Shown here piece by piece: positions 21,651-35,717 of a stretch of DNA of 64,000 bases. The stretch is from NCBI GenBank assembly GCA_010015585.1, contig ML975160.1; one strand, given 5' to 3'. Made by a program: the position numbers and the translations under genes. This stretch comes from Eremomyces bilateralis CBS 781.70. Its lineage: Eukaryota. The stretch's first letter is position 1. Every line of letters begins with the position of its first letter. The notes under the pieces were generated by a model. The model did no database searches and was not told the origin of the DNA. It saw only the letters and a program-made list of their open reading frames with translations.

Positions 21651-24011
21651 TCAGCTCCTCGCCGCAACCGATACGTTCACCGCACGCGGGACGGGCGGAG
21701 CGACCCGTGGGGTCGACAGCGCCGTCGACGCCCCCGCCGACGTCACCCCGTTCCTCCCCGCCGCACTCTCGTTCTCCTCGCGCAGCCGGCGCTCCTCCGC
21801 CGCGCGCCGCCGACTGTCGCGGATTCGGATTGCCTCAGTGCCGTCGTCGAGGATGCTCTCACGGAACCAGGGGTGGGCGAGGGCTTCTTTCGCGGTGATG
21901 CGCTTGTTGGGGTTGTAGACGAAGATGCGGCGGAGGAGCTCGAGGAATTGGCGGTTGAATTCGGTGTGGGGGGGGATGAAGTCCTGGATGGGGGGTTAGC
22001 TGAGGGGATGGGAGGGGGAGGGGGTGAGGCTTACGCTAAGTTTTCGCATGGCTTTGACGTATTTTCGGGACGCGCGGGTGGTTTCGGTGTTAGGGTAGTC
22101 TAGTTTGCCGCCGCGGAAGTACCTGAGGAATTAGTAGGTTGGTGAGAGACGGGACTCGGGAACTTACTCAGCAGCGGGATTCCGATTCGACGACTTCTCG
22201 TTCCGATGGACGGCCCGGACCAGATCCCTCTCCAATTTTCCGTTACACACCGGCTCCATCATCGCAAGATGCTCGAGATTGTCATGGGTCTGAAACAGTG
22301 CGTCCCCGGTAAAGAACTCGACAAGAATACAGCCAATACTCCAAATGTCGCACGGGAAGCTCCATCCTAAATTCAGAATGATCTCAGGAGCACGGTAGTG
22401 GCGGGTCGAGACCACCGATGAGTGGTACTCATCGTTGAACGTGGCGGACCCGAAATCGATCAACCGAATCTCCGGGTCTAGGAGGACTTTTCGGTGTCGA
22501 GCGGAACGGTTGGTCGTGGCGGATGACGAAGGGATGGCGCGGTTGTATGTGAAGGTCTGGTACGCATTATTAACAAGCAGGATGTTCTCCGGCTTCAAAT
22601 CGGTGTGGATGAGGTTGAGATCATGTAAGACTAACAGGTCAGCTTGGCGAGGACAAAGGTCGGAAGGAACGTACAGGCAACGCTCGTGAAAAGCTGACGA
22701 GCAAAGCTTTGGATATGAGTACTGGGGAACGGAACGAATCCATTAGCTTTGAGGAAATCGAAGACGCTTTGCCCGTAGAGATCGGTGACGATGCAGATAT
22801 GGTTCCGGAAATCAAAACAATCCCGTAGATGAATGCACTTGTTCCGGTTTTGCTTGTCGTTGGATGCCAGGGTCGATAGAACGCGTAATTCGATGCGAGA
22901 CGCATCGCGATATTTTTGGACCGATCGGATGATCTTGATCGCGCAGCGGGTGTTCTTCCTGCGGTCGAGCGCTTCGACGACCTTGCCGAATGTGCCCTGG
23001 CCCAGGAGTTTGATGATTTTATCTGGGAAGGGGTCAGGAAAATCCACTCGGATAACGACAAGTACACATACACCTCTCAGTAAGATCAACGTCGGCGGCA
23101 ACATTGTAATGCCCGTCATCATCGTCCACGGCTTGGTCGCGGTTCCGGTGACGCTACAGATTGTTAGTGCCATTGAGTAGAACGTGGGATCAACCTACAT
23201 CTGAAATGACCTGAACATAGACGTCTTTGGCTTTGATCGGAGGTTTGGGGGGAGGGTGATAGTGAGCCAATGGATCGAGTTTCTCTAACTCCCTCCTCTT
23301 GGCCTCCTTCGCTTCGTCTTGCGCAGCTTGTCGAGTTCGCTTACGCTTCTGGCCCGCCTGTGCGGCGTTGTCCAACGGGGGTGGTGGATATGCTCCCGCG
23401 CTCGCTTGGCTGCCGAGTGAAGTGGCAGCGGTAGTGTTGATTGCCGATGTCGTCCGGTCGGTAGAGGCGGTGTTGTGGTGCGAGGAAGAGTGCTCATAGT
23501 AGGGTGTGTGGTTTGGGTACGAGCCCGGTTGGTACACCGGATCATAGGCTGCTCCGGTTTTTCTCTTCTTATCGGCGTGTCGATGAACGGGAGCAGGATG
23601 GTTATGGGTGACGCCGTTCGCGGTTGCTTTGGAGGCGGGCTTGGGATCGGGGGAATCGTCGTCGATGACGATAACTTCCTTCGGGATCCCATTTTTGTAG
23701 AACTCCGCCCAGTCCGTTCTCCGTTCACGATCTCTAGCGAGGCTTGCCGCCGACATGTCGGGTGGATATTGCGGGGAGAGGATCGGGGGGGGATGCCTGG
23801 TGTTGGAAGTGACGGTGCGACGAAGGTCGGTTGCGGAGGTGGTGGATGCAGTACTGGGGAGGCCGTTATATGGTGGATTCGCTACCCTCGGAGTGGCCCG
23901 AATGGGTTGGCCATTGATAAAGGCGGTGGGACTCGACTGGTATTGCTGATGATGGGGATAGAATGACTGGTGCGGTGGAAGGACTGCAGTCGCGGTGGAT
24001 GGCGTCGACAT
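21651..24011 (-). CDS. lkh1: LAMMER/CLK dual-specificity protein kinase (Lkh1/Kns1), multi-exon
   Basis: [41 protein letters not shown] and signature EHLAMME, preceded by a long low-complexity N-terminus. Confidence 0.95.
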
Positions 24012-26210
24012 GGCAAAATTCTCCGTCCGCTGCGTCGAGGGCCGCTGAGGTCGAATTGGTCGTGGTCCGCAACAAAACACCTACGATCGGTCGTCGGGCG
24101 TCATTTCCACGCAGGAAACGCTGAAACGGGCGTCTGAAAACTCGCGGATGGCTTCCAAGGGATTGATGACGATGGACGGCTATAGATAACCCCGAAAGAT
24201 GATGAATCGACGGAGTCGTAGCCTCGAATGTGGTCGGAACGGGCTTCCAAATCGAGGGTGGGTATGGTGTTGAGTGACGCTGGTGAGCAACACGGGGGAA
24301 TTTTCGGACGAATGCTGAGGTCACGGGCAGGAGACGATGATCAGTGATGGCAATGGAGATTGAGGGTGAAATAGAAGGGGGAGGATGGTGGTGGACGGAA
24401 GCGAAGATGGGAGTAGGGACGATGAGGTCAAAATGCGAGGCTGATGGAGTGGTGGTCCCTTTGGAGTCGGCGGTGGTAGGATCTCTCAGTTCACTGTCAC
24501 ACAGTTGCGCTCATCAATGATGAGACTGCCGCACTGGAGAGAACGGAGGCTGTCGGGGGTGGGAGGCCTCCACTGTGTGCAGTGTGGGTGAGTGCGTCTA
24601 GCTGCCTTGCTGCCTCACTAACTAAACTGCGGGTCTGGGGTTCGTGCCTCATTGCCTTGGTGCCTTGCATCACCAGACTGAGACCGGAGACTGTGTGAGA
24701 CTGAGACTTGAGATCTGAGATCATGATATTCTTCCCTGCAGCATTATTTCATTAACTAATAAATTCTAACTTATTCATTCATTCGATGCATGATGCAATT
24801 CCCAATTTCCCATATATACAGGCCGAATATTCCAGTATACTCCTCATTTCCAATATGCTGAATTACTCCTAATCTCATTCCTCATCTTGCCTCTCAGACT
24901 CAACACTCGTCTACTATGTAGATAATGCTTAATACCCCATCCCGGCTGCCTGTCTCATGCTAGTGATGCACCACAACGAGCACAATGGTGACAGCGTCGT
25001 ACTGCTATGTCGCCACCCCAACGCCCGCCTACCCTATTCAGTGTTCATAACCCCGATTCCCAATGCCGGAGTCGTCGGAGCCTGGCACCCTCGAGGCCCT
25101 CTGAAAATTTTGAAGTCATCATGCTGCAGCAACGCTGATGACCGTAGTGCAAAGAATGTTTCCCAGGGAACGCCCTCCTCCACTGTCCAATATTTACCCT
25201 TCTCTGGGTGAGCTTGCGCATCATCTTCCGTCATGTGTAGCAATTCATAAACTCCGCTCATTAAGAACTCTGCCTCTTATGTGCCGGCACCATAACCTGT
25301 CTGTGAACCGAATACGGTGCCGTGCTGTACGTAGTCTGTCCAGCACGAGGCTTATTCTGGTCGGGTGGGTGGTCCTCAACAGACATCAACCGCCCGCTCT
25401 GGAGTCTGGACCTGGTGGAGCCTCCCATCAAATATTATCATGCCGCTAAATCCCTCAATGCTGGACTTCGTGTACACTGCACAGGTACCAGTTACGTGTT
25501 CAATCCATCCGCTCCATTTAACCATGAACAAGTCGACATCCACATCCTGCGGCACATGTAACTCCGACTCCCTCCACCACCCCACTCCCTTCCTCCGCCC
25601 TGACTGGCCGCCCTCCGCATACTCCTGAGTCCTGAGTCCTGAGACCCGACGCCTTACTAACCACCCGCCACGGTGTTCCCCCGTGCATTCGGCGCCCTGC
25701 ATATGCACACGGAAAACGTCAACCCGAAAACCCGTCAGGAACAAAGAAATCGGATCGTGACGGTCTCAGCTCCGATGCAGGTGGTCCTAGACGGGGCTTT
25801 TATAGGGGATATTAAAGGTGAATGGATGCCCGGCTGGTCGAGAGGATTGGGGAGTGGGATGCGGCGGTTTCCTTTCCTTCCACGAGACCACGGCATGCGT
25901 AGAGTGGTTCGGCGGAGAAGTGGTCTGCGATTCCTGTTTAGGGAAAATGGCCTTCATAATTGACACTTTACAGCCTATTTCCGAGTCTTTGTATTGGCCG
26001 TTTCCTGGGTTCTAATATTCATCTAGTCAATCTCCTGGAACGAGACAATGCCGAGGGTCATGCTATAGTGAAATTCAACACGGTATTCAGTTCTCCTTTA
26101 ATATCGTCCTCAAAGTCCTTGTATCGTATCTACGGTTCTATGCACAGCATTGGGTTTCCGGCCCTTACCGCCGTCAAGGACATGACCTTGTACTGCCTAC
26201 TAGGTGTTTT

Positions 26211-27816
26211 TCATTTGTTTCCTGCTCTCTCCTGGAAGAAGTCCTCAATGACCTTCACCGTGATCCGAACAATCTCCTCGATGTCGGCAGGGGTGACGAT
26301 GAACGGCGGACAAACCATGATGTGGTCTCCTTTTCGACCATCGGCAGTGCCACTACCCGGATAGAGGGAGATGCTGTACTTCTCTTCCATGCCTGGATCA
26401 TCGTTAGCAGATGAGCCTAAAGTAGGTTAAGAAACATGCCTTTCTCATGAATGCCAGCGGAGATGGCTTCTGATGGTTCAAATGGCGCCTTGGTCGCCTT
26501 GTCTTGCACAAATTCGATCTAATACCATCAGTTCCGTCCTTAGAGGCCGTGAAAGACACTTACCCCCCAAAACAAACCTTTCCCTCGAATATTGCCAATA
26601 TGCGGATGGTCTTCCAACCCCTCCTTCAGCAGCTTTTCAAGGACCAACCCCATCTCTCTCACATTATCAACAAGCTTCTCCTCCTGCAATATCTTCTGCG
26701 TCTCCAGCGCGGCTGCGCACGCAATCGGATGTCCCTGATACGTCTGGCCATGCGTGAACGCCCCCGTGCCTCGATCGAGCGCGTCAACTACTCTCTGGTT
26801 CATCAGCAACCCCGCGACCGGACTGTACCCGCTACCTAACCCCTTGCCGATGGTCTGGATGTCGGGCACGATGCCTTCCTGCTGCCAGGCGTGGAGGGTG
26901 CCGCAGCGGCCCATGCCGCACATGACTTCGTCGAGGATGAGGAGGATGCCGTACTTGTCGCAGACTTCGCGGATGGCTTTGAAGTAGCCTGGTACGGCGG
27001 GGACGCAGCCGGTGGCCTATAAGGGGCGTCAGGGTTACTATCGCACTACTGACCTTCGCACATGGATTTTCATGTGGAAAAAGAGCTGGACGTGTGGGAT
27101 ATGTAGACACTTACCGCCCCAACCACCGGCTCCGCAACAAACGCACACACCGTCTCCGGCCCTACCCTCCTCAACTCCTCCTCCAACTCCCTCGCCAACC
27201 TCCCCACATACTCCCCCTCCCCCTCCCCCTCCCTCATCCCCCGATACGCATCACACCTCCCCACCCTTCCCACCTCCACCCCCAACAACGGCGCAAACTT
27301 CTCCTTCCGCAACACATGCCCTCCCACCGCCAACGCCCCCAACGTCACCCCATGATAACTCCCCTCCCGCGCCACAAACCCCGTCCGCCGCGCCCCCTCC
27401 CCCCGCTCCACCCAATACTGCCGCGCCAACTTCATCGCCCCCTCCATTGCTTCGCTCCCGCTGCTCACGATGAGCGCGCGTGCCATCGCCCCATCCGTCC
27501 CGCGGATGAGCTCCGCGCAGAGGTCCTCGGCTGCGGTGGTACTGAAGAAGAGGGAGTGGCAGTAGGAGACTTGGTTCATTTGCGCGACCATGGCGGATTG
27601 GACGCGGGGGTTGCCATGGCCGAGGCTGGTGACGGCGGCGCCGGAGGTGGCGTCGAGGATGCGTTGGCCGGTGGAGGTTGTGAGGTAGAGGCCGTGGCTG
27701 GAGGTGATGCGGAGGGGGCGGTGGTGGAGGTGGCGGTGGAGGACGGCGCTGGGGGTGGAGGGGTCATCGGTGCCATTGGCGGCCGTAGCAGTGGGAGAGC
27801 GATTAGATGGAGGCAT
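26211..27816 (-). CDS. Class-III PLP-dependent aminotransferase, multi-exon
   Basis: ILDATSGAAVTSLGH, SGSEAMEGAMKLARQY, SYHGVT, AFVAEPVVGA, DEVMCGMGRCG, PDIQTIGKGLG (Schiff-base Lys), HGQTYQGHP, RGKGLFWG. Confidence 0.92.
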
Positions 27817-28577
27817 GGTTCGCGATTGCTTGGCTAGATATAAGTTGGATGAGAGAGTTCACTATATTTCCGATCTGCTAAGTCAAGGCCATATGATTGA
27901 GACTGTGATACTGTGATGTTCCTGCCATTCAAGTTTCCACATCCGTCTACGTCAAGTGAGTCGTCAACTGGATTTGTGGATAGAGTCCAGTTTTGTATCA
28001 CTGAGGAATCCACCTTCGTGTCCGAGGCGCCGAGCTCCGGTCCTGATTCCAGGATATCTTAACCTATCTCGAACATCAATCCCCAACCGATGTTCTACGT
28101 CCATGGCGGAAGCGGGGCAGAGGGGAAACCCGCCCCCAAAATAACGATAGGTGGATTGTATCGTCAACAGGGTTGCTCCCTTGGTAAGTTGGTTCCAATA
28201 GGAATATGATACATTTAGCATGCATTTTCCTTACGATAGATATTCTTGGAGAATTGATCATTGGTAGATCAACAGAACAATTGTATGACCCACCGACGCA
28301 CTAGCGAGTCATGTACGAGGCAACAAGGCATCCGGATATTTCTCTCCCCACAATTGAATGAACATCCACCGATAGACCTTTGATATTCGGATTGAAGGCT
28401 TGTAGAATAGCGATGAGCAACTGGCGACTACATAATCCTAATCTGCGCCTCCATTGAAGGCAGATACCAGGCTAGGCCCGCATACTATCTAGCCTTCAGA
28501 AAGACTTCATCCCTCCCATGGTGGTATAACTTAGAAGACACCATTCACCACCTCCGCCCAAATATCCCACCTCCACC

Positions 28578-29414
28578 ATGTCACAACACGCCCGCGTCGA
28601 GGAGATCTCCGACTCCGACTCCGACCCATCCGAAGGCGACATCGAAAACCTCGCCGACATCATCACCCTCCCCACCCGACCCGCCCCCTCCTCCTCCCCC
28701 GCCGCCAACCCAACCCTCCTCTCCCCCTCCTCCCTCCCCACTCCCCGCACCTCCAACGCATTCAAAGGCGCCCCCGCCGCCGAAGTCAAAACCTGGACCT
28801 GCCTATACCCAATCTACTTCGACGCGTCGCGGTCGCGGGGCGAGGGACGGATGGTGGGGCGGGAGCACGCGGTGGCGAATCCGCTAGCGAGGGAGATCGC
28901 GGAGGGGGCGTTTCGGATGGGGCTGCAGTGTGAGCTGGAGGCGCAGAAGTCGCATCCGAAGGACTGGGCAAATCCGGGGCGGGTGCGGGTGAAGTTTGAG
29001 GATGGGGATAAGGGGGTGAAGAATAGTATGTTGTCCCGCCGCCGTCGTTGACGACCTGGTGTGCTTGAATTATATACCACAAAGAGTTGGAATGCTGACG
29101 TTGGGTTTACAGAACATCATCTCCTCCTCAAAATCGCCGCGTGGCTGCAACAGAACCCCACGACCGACCGCACGCCATTCAAGCTCCCGGTTCCAGGCGC
29201 CACGCCCAAGGAGCCCAACCCCGAGGTTCCGACACCTCGGGGGTGGAAGATCAACAAAATCTTACCGCTGCATTCGCCAGCCGTTACGGGCGGCGGGGTG
29301 AGCGACAATCTGTTCAAGGACATGATGGCGGAGATGCAGGAGGGTGGGGGCATAATTCCGGGTGCGGCGGGGGGGAGTGGACAGAAGAAGAAGGAGAAGG
29401 GGAAGAAGAAGTGA
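28578..29414 (+). CDS. SEC65: Signal recognition particle 19-kDa subunit (2 exons)
   Basis: CLYPIYFDASRSRGEGR, AVANPLAREI, KSHPKDWANPGRVRV, PRGWKINKILPLHSPA and Lys-rich C-terminus. Confidence 0.93.
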
Positions 29415-29785
29415 GGGGAATGGAATTGGGAAAGGGAGACGTCCGGGACCACCCCGAACTACGTCAGCTAGGAGAGACGGCAAGCCTGCCATCCAGTCTC
29501 GCAGACGGCATGCAGAGTGCGGAAGCCCTGATTGCCGCCTACTCCGGATGAGCTAGAGGTTAAGAGAGATAGTACCAACTCGGCAGGCATGAGCGACGTT
29601 AGCGAGTGCTACGTAGATAGAGCAATCTACAAGCCCTAAATATGGAGCGGACAAAGTTCGGGTTGCGCGACTGCAGACACACATGAAGCACGAACCCCCG
29701 GCCATACACACGTTGAATTAGTGAACCGTAAGGGACCTACAGACCCGCCCTTCATCCATTGCGCCGTACCAAACCTCCTACACCT

Positions 29786-31973
29786 TCACCCCTCCCTATC
29801 CCTCCCAATCATCGACATCAAGAGATCCAGGAATTTATCCCACTCCCCAGCGCCGCCACCACCACCCCCTTGCTCCCTATTGCCAGCACTCACCTCAATT
29901 ACCCCCGAACCACCCGCGGGCCCTGACACGACTCTACCATCCGAGCCTCCACTCCCCTCAAAACTCACGGAACTACCCACGGGCCCGGACACGATTCTGC
30001 CCCCTGAGCCGCCACTGCCTCTGGAACCGCCACTGGGGCCGGGCCCTCTTCTGCCGCTCGGGCCGCTGAACAGTGACCCTAGCCAGGAGAGTGCGGACAT
30101 CCCGCTGTTGTTGGAACCGCCGCTGGGACGGCCTGGACGGCCTTGGTCTTCGGGTTGTGGTGGATACTGAGGTTGCGGTTGCGGTTTAGGGTGCGGTGCG
30201 GGCAGCGTCTCGGGCTGCGGTTCCGGTTGTGGTTCTGGTTGCGGCTCCGGCTGTGGTGAGGGTTGTAGCGAAGGCTGTGGTGAGGGCTGAGGTATGGGCT
30301 GCGGTTCAGGCTGTGGTGAGGGCTGCGGTTCAGGCTGTGGTGAGGGCTGCGGTTCAGGCTGTGGTGAGGGCTGCGGTTCAGGCTGTGGTGAGGGCTGCGG
30401 TTCAGGCTGTGGTGAGGGCTGCGGTTCAGGCTGTGGTGAGGCCTCCGGTACAGGCTGCGATTCAGGCTGTGGTGAAGGCTTTGATGAGGGTTGCGGTTCA
30501 GGTTGTGGGGAGGCCTCCGGTGCAGGCTGTGATTCAGGCTGCGGTGAGGGCTGTGGCGAGGCCTCCGGTGCAGGCTTCGATTCGGGCAGGGCGGGTTGCG
30601 GACGGGGCCTTCCTGGAGCTGGTGCCTGAGAAACCCCAGTACCAATCGCATCTGGCGCGTCAGGTTGCTGCGCCAATCCGATTCGCGGGACGCTTCCCCC
30701 TTCGAATACCACAAAGATGCTCTTGAGGAACGTGTCTCCGAGGACCGTGAACGGGAAGCCGTCGCTCGATTGGAGCCCGCCGAAGCATTGCGGCTGGTTC
30801 CCGATGGTGCCGGTGAATGCGTATTCCATCATTTTCCCTTCGATGACGTGTTGGCGGCCTTGGACTACGAGTCCGAGATTCGGGAGCTGGGTGCCGCATG
30901 GGAAGATATAGCCGCCGGCTTGGGCGTGAAGCTGAGAGCCTGGCACGGTCGCCCAATAGGCGGAAACCACGGTGCTAGGGAGTAGCGTGAGTGAGGTACC
31001 GGTATCGATAATCGCAGAGAAAGAAGTAGTGCTTGGACTAGCGGAGCCGATTTGGGCGCCTTGAACTTCGAGTCCCCAATATCCCTTCTGGGTGTCGGCA
31101 TTGATGTATTGGATACTGCCTTTGTAACGAGCGCTGTTGATGTACCCGAAGTCAAACGCACCCGGGGCCCCTTTTCGGAGTTGCACGGTAAAAAGGGGGC
31201 GGGTTAACTGAGCCTGGATGTTCTCGAAGAAGGTCGGTTGTGGTGTGGGTCGAATGGTATTCATGTGTCCGAACCCGAGACCAAGCAGCCCATCATTTTC
31301 TTCGTCCTCTTTGAAGATGTCCGATACTTCCGTGGCGGCTCCGACGGCCTGCTTTGGGGCCACGATTCCTCCCACTTCTACTTGATCGTGATACACCACA
31401 CCGGATGCGCTGCTTCCGTCGCCATATTTCACGTTCCATGTGTGATCTGCGAGTTTTTGGGAAGAAGAGGAAGGTCGATATACCGCATGACTTCCTTGCT
31501 CTGCGGTCGGCAGCAAATTGGAGAAGCACCACCTACAGTACGAATCAGTTAGTTAAACAGCCAGTTAACCACCGGCTTGATTATGCTCATGCTGCTCTAC
31601 TGGCAATGGGAGTCTTCCTTCTTCCGGCGATTAGATAGAACCATACGTACATATCTGATGACCCCGTGTCAAGGTCTAAGTCAAGCAAATCTTGGCCAAT
31701 GCGCACTTGGGAAAGATAGGCAATGTCATTTTTTTGAGGAACGGCCGGGACTGTCCCATTCTGATACATAGCCACAGCCTCTTGAACGTCAACGGGTACA
31801 ATAACATTGTACTTGCGGTAGGCTCGGCGGAAGTCGTATACTCCTACTCTCGTCCGGTGTTTTGCAGCTTGCTGATGGACTGTGAACGACCGCTTCTGCA
31901 ACCTGTATGCTGGTGACGCCACGGCCAGCGCCACCAGAGCGACCAGAGCGATTAAGGATCGAAAAGAAGCCAT
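29786..31973 (-). CDS. Secreted A1 aspartic protease (aspergillopepsin/endothiapepsin-like) with long Pro/Gln- and Gly/Ser-rich C-terminal extension
   Basis: Signal peptide, propeptide with KR, both catalytic motifs LDLDTGSSD and IIDTGTSL, flap YGDGSSASG, DGLLGLGF, LGDTFLK. One intron (~31533-31650). Confidence 0.93.
30297..30440 (-). repeat. Coding minisatellite, 6 perfect 24-bp units encoding (SPQPEPQP)6
   Basis: GGCTGCGGTTCAGGCTGTGGTGAG repeated six times on the + strand. Degenerate copies extend roughly 30170-30580. Confidence 0.95.
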
Positions 31974-33309
31974 GATGACGACATGGGTGTTGAAAGGAAA
32001 GGACGGGAAATATGAAATCCTTTCCCAAGTCGGTTGTTGACGGGCATAACGCTAAAGCGAGACTTGTGTGAATCGCCCAGCGGAAGCGAGTGGGATATGT
32101 ACAACATTATATTTGTTTGGCCGGCGAAATGATGGTGATCAGTTGAATATCCAATATATTGCAACGGTAATAAATGAAGTCTTGGATACCAATACGCCGA
32201 AATTGAATATCCCTGCTCTTTCCGGTGTCCAGGTTGATGTCCACTGGTTCAAACCCGTTCAAGGCTCGAAGACGCCCACAGATAGATACTTCACGGTAAA
32301 TTGATAAGACGATGTTTAAATCGATTCATGACAATGGCTTTGCTTCTTCGAATTTCTTTGATCGCTTCGCAATGCATGTGAAGACGCCGTGGGATGAGGT
32401 CGCGTCGCAACGTACTTGTCACCCCAGATTCTTCAGGAGAGGAAGTAGGAAGGATCGTTATCCATGAGCCAATTATCATGGTCTCAATCTAGGCGAGGCC
32501 AAGATGTTTGAACTTTGAAGGCGCCGTTGCGAGTGATGGAATGGCTAGACAGAGAAATACAGTCCATGTGCGAACCTCGCCTTCCCGAAGGTGCGACTTC
32601 TCCATGCTGAACGAAGTAGACCAAGGCTCTCATTGGTAGCACTTAGGAGTCTACTGAAAGGACTAGATCAACATCTCAGCCGATCCATGGACGAGACGTT
32701 TGATATTGCATCCCACGCGCACATCATTGCTGTGCCCCAGGTACAGGTACGAATGTGCAATAACTGCGAGCGGCCCGCCTGGCCTCCGGGTCCGGGAATA
32801 GGCAGAGAGAAATTACGACTCCAGAAATAACAGTTACATGCAAGGAGCCTGTGTAGGGCACGAGGGGGTGATTTCTTGGGCAATGTGCTCGATAGATGAA
32901 GTTGAAAAATGTCCCAGCCAATTGGGGGGTTGGTAGAAAGCCCTTCGGACACCCTGGCAGTTTCAGGGCCCATTTGGCCTTCACTCAAAGCATCGATACT
33001 TGCACGCCGCACAAACGATAGGAGAGCGTCGGGTAATATGCGAATAACTACAAAACGGCGGGTGGTTTCGAGTATGCCGAGGGTTGGTTAATACAAAATG
33101 GCACTGAGGTGAAATCGGCATCTCGTTCATATCACGCCTTCAAAGGGTACCAGGACTACAGGAGAGAGATGGAATTATTGCCGACAAGCAGTCGTTGATT
33201 GATCGGAAACCGCTTCAACTTGGTATGCACTCGCATACGTGAATCAGCGCTCACTCGAAGTGGTCATTATCGTCGTCTTCGCCAAGATGCTGTGCTACAT
33301 GCAGAGTCA

Positions 33310-35717
33310 TCACCGTCCTTTTCCCGTCACCGCTTCCTCCAGCTTGACCAATGCATCGGCATACGACTCCCGTCTTCTAGCAAGATCCTCTTCCTTCACA
33401 CGCTGTCGATCAACCTTCTTCTCGCCGCGCAATATGTCCTTGGACCTTGCAACGTTGTTCCAGAACCACCCCGCTTCCGTATTCGTCACAAGCGTCCACG
33501 CTTGGCCGCCCTTCCCAGCTCTCGCCGTCCGTCCCACGCGATGTACGTAGCTCTCAAGGCTACGTGGAATGTCGTAGTTGATTACGTGGTCAAGGTCGAG
33601 GAGATCAAGACCGCGAGAGGCACGATCCGACGCGATGATGACGCTGATGCGCTTGGATTTGAAGGCAGCAAGAATTCGTTTCCGGTCGGCGGAGCCGTCT
33701 TGTTTTGTAAGGGTCCCGATGCTTGACGCCAAGGATGGTTCGATCGACGAGATGAGATGGAAAAGGCGGGTGGTGTTCTCGTTGCTGCTGACGAATATCA
33801 AGACAGTGGGACCGTGTGTCCTGCTGCTGATGGCATCTTTCACATTCTTCCGAGATGCTTCCGAGTCGTCGCTGGAGTCCGACGAGTAAGAGTCAGAGTC
33901 CGAACTGTTAGATGAGTCTGATGATGTGCTGTCGCTGTCAGAGTCCGAACTAGATGAGTCTGATGATGTGCTATCGCTGTCCGAGTCCGAACTAGATTCG
34001 TCACTCGATAAATCCGTGGCTTCATTGGAAGCATCTAAATCAACTCTAGGTCGGTCGAGGGCACCCAATAACCTGTCTTTCAACAGACTAATGAGGTACA
34101 GTGGCTTCTCTGAGGGATCCTCAACAGGTACAACCCATTCGTTCAGGGTTGAAGGGAGGGCAAGTGTTGCCTCTGGATCCCCCGATCCATTGATCTCGCC
34201 ATTCTGCCCCTGCTCGAGACCGACGGAGACAAATTTTGGTCTTCTCAGCTTCAGTGTACTGAGCTTCTCAAGATCTCGGGTCATCGTGGCACTCAGTATG
34301 ACCTTTCTGATCGCTTTTTGACTAGGAGGTTCACCAATAATGACCCTCATCTGATCGGAGAGGGGCAATCTGTCGAATGCCCGTTCTTTGTATAGGCTGT
34401 TATTAATCGTATCAACCCATTCTTGGAAACTGTCATCCAGGAGGCGGTCCGCTTCGTCAATCACTAGCCATTCAACCTGGTCTAGTGAGAACCCTGTAGT
34501 AGACTTGATGTGGTCCACAAGTCGCCCCGGAGTGCATATCAGGATGTCGACTTTGGACACGTACGATGGAACATGGCCGGGAATCATGCCCAGGAAGGTC
34601 TCCAGCTCAGGGCTATAGTCTTCCAGTCCTTTCTGATAGATCTTGTTGGCTTTCGCTTCCAGTAATTCTGCAGCTTTCGGATCGAAGATTCGGTCAATCT
34701 CTATCAAACTTTCTTGTTCTGTGGCTAGAGACTGACTCCCAACCGCGATTCCCACTTGCACGCCAGTACCGGTCGCGCATAATTCGCAGACCTCCCGAAC
34801 CTGACTGACAAGTTCTCTTGTGGGAACAACAATAACGGCTCGAAGACTGGGAGCGTGTCGACCCTTCAGAGACTCGACGATCGGAAGGACATATGACAGT
34901 GTCTTTCCCGAGCCCGTGGCTGCGGAAACGCACAGGTCTCCAATCCATCTCTCCGGTCCAGGTAGAATCAATGGTAGGACAGCGGCTTGTACAGCAAAAG
35001 CATGTTTGAAGCCCTTTGTCTCAAGCCGCTCTGTCAATTTCGGATCGATGTTTAAGTCGGTGAACGGGAGTCGTGTCGAGGACGATACGTGTACAGGCTT
35101 AGCAAGCCATGAGGGCAATGAAGAAAATGTGGGGTTAAATTTTGGTTCGGGCTCTGGTTCAGGCTGTGGTAATGGCTGTATTCCTTTGCGGTGTATTAGT
35201 TGAATGCGCACTTGCTTGTATAAGAGACCGTACCTTGGGGCTCTCGCTCCAGTTGTAGAGGAACATCCTCCTCCACAGGTTGTGCAGGTTGTATTGTTTC
35301 TGTCGGTGCGGTGTGTGCTGATGAACGCTGGTACTTCTGGAGTAACCTTTTGTGCCTTTGTAACTCCTGAGTCGACTCGTGTTCATGTTCCTCCTCAGTT
35401 CTTTTGCGCTTGGAGCCTTTACTCTTCGTCACCTTTGGCAATTCGGTCTTCTTGCTGTCGACATCCACGCCTTGGACTTTTTCTTGAAATACCGAGTTAT
35501 CCTCGAGGTCATTGTGGCTAAGATCCTTGCTCTTCTTCTTTGTATCAAGCTCGAGTTCTTTGGCTTTCTTTGGCTTTTTCTTCGGTTTATTTCCTTCGTC
35601 CGGAGGAGGAGCTTTTGGAGCCGGATCGGGGTTTGGCGAGGGAGCGGTCAAACCGGAGGCACCTGTTGTTGTGCCTTTCTTCGGCGGAATATACCTCGAA
35701 TAGAATGCGGAAGCCAT
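33310..35717 (-). CDS. DBP6: DEAD-box RNA helicase Dbp6/DDX51 (60S biogenesis), 2 exons
   Basis: MASAFYSRYIPP N-terminus, Q motif FAVQ, DLCVSAATGSGKTLSYVLP, PTREL, TPGRLVDH, IDEADRLL, SAT, SRGLD, YVHRVGRTARAG. Confidence 0.92.
33896..33997 (-). repeat. Imperfect 42/45-bp coding tandem repeat (Ser/Asp-rich insert in DBP6)
   Basis: GAGTCCGAACT(GTT)AGATGAGTCTGATGATGTGCT[G/A]TCGCTGTC at 33896-33940 and 33941-33982, plus a partial third copy. Confidence 0.85.

Noticed and set aside
24497..25960. Short GAGACT/CCTGAGT iterations and small ORFs upstream of the LAMMER kinase
   Set aside because: Low-complexity promoter/UTR sequence; no credible snoRNA box pairing or protein similarity seen.
30079..30726. 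Alternative-frame ORFs with GCGSGCGE, HHSLNRSP and AAVQAVVR repeats (metallothionein-like look)
   Set aside because: Shadow frames of the 24-bp minisatellite in the protease gene.
32150..32580. Minus-strand peptide ...PVDINLDTG... upstream of the pepsin gene, suggesting a decayed tandem paralogue
   Set aside because: Similarity is limited to a few residues and could be chance; a significant TBLASTN hit with the neighbouring protease would be needed.
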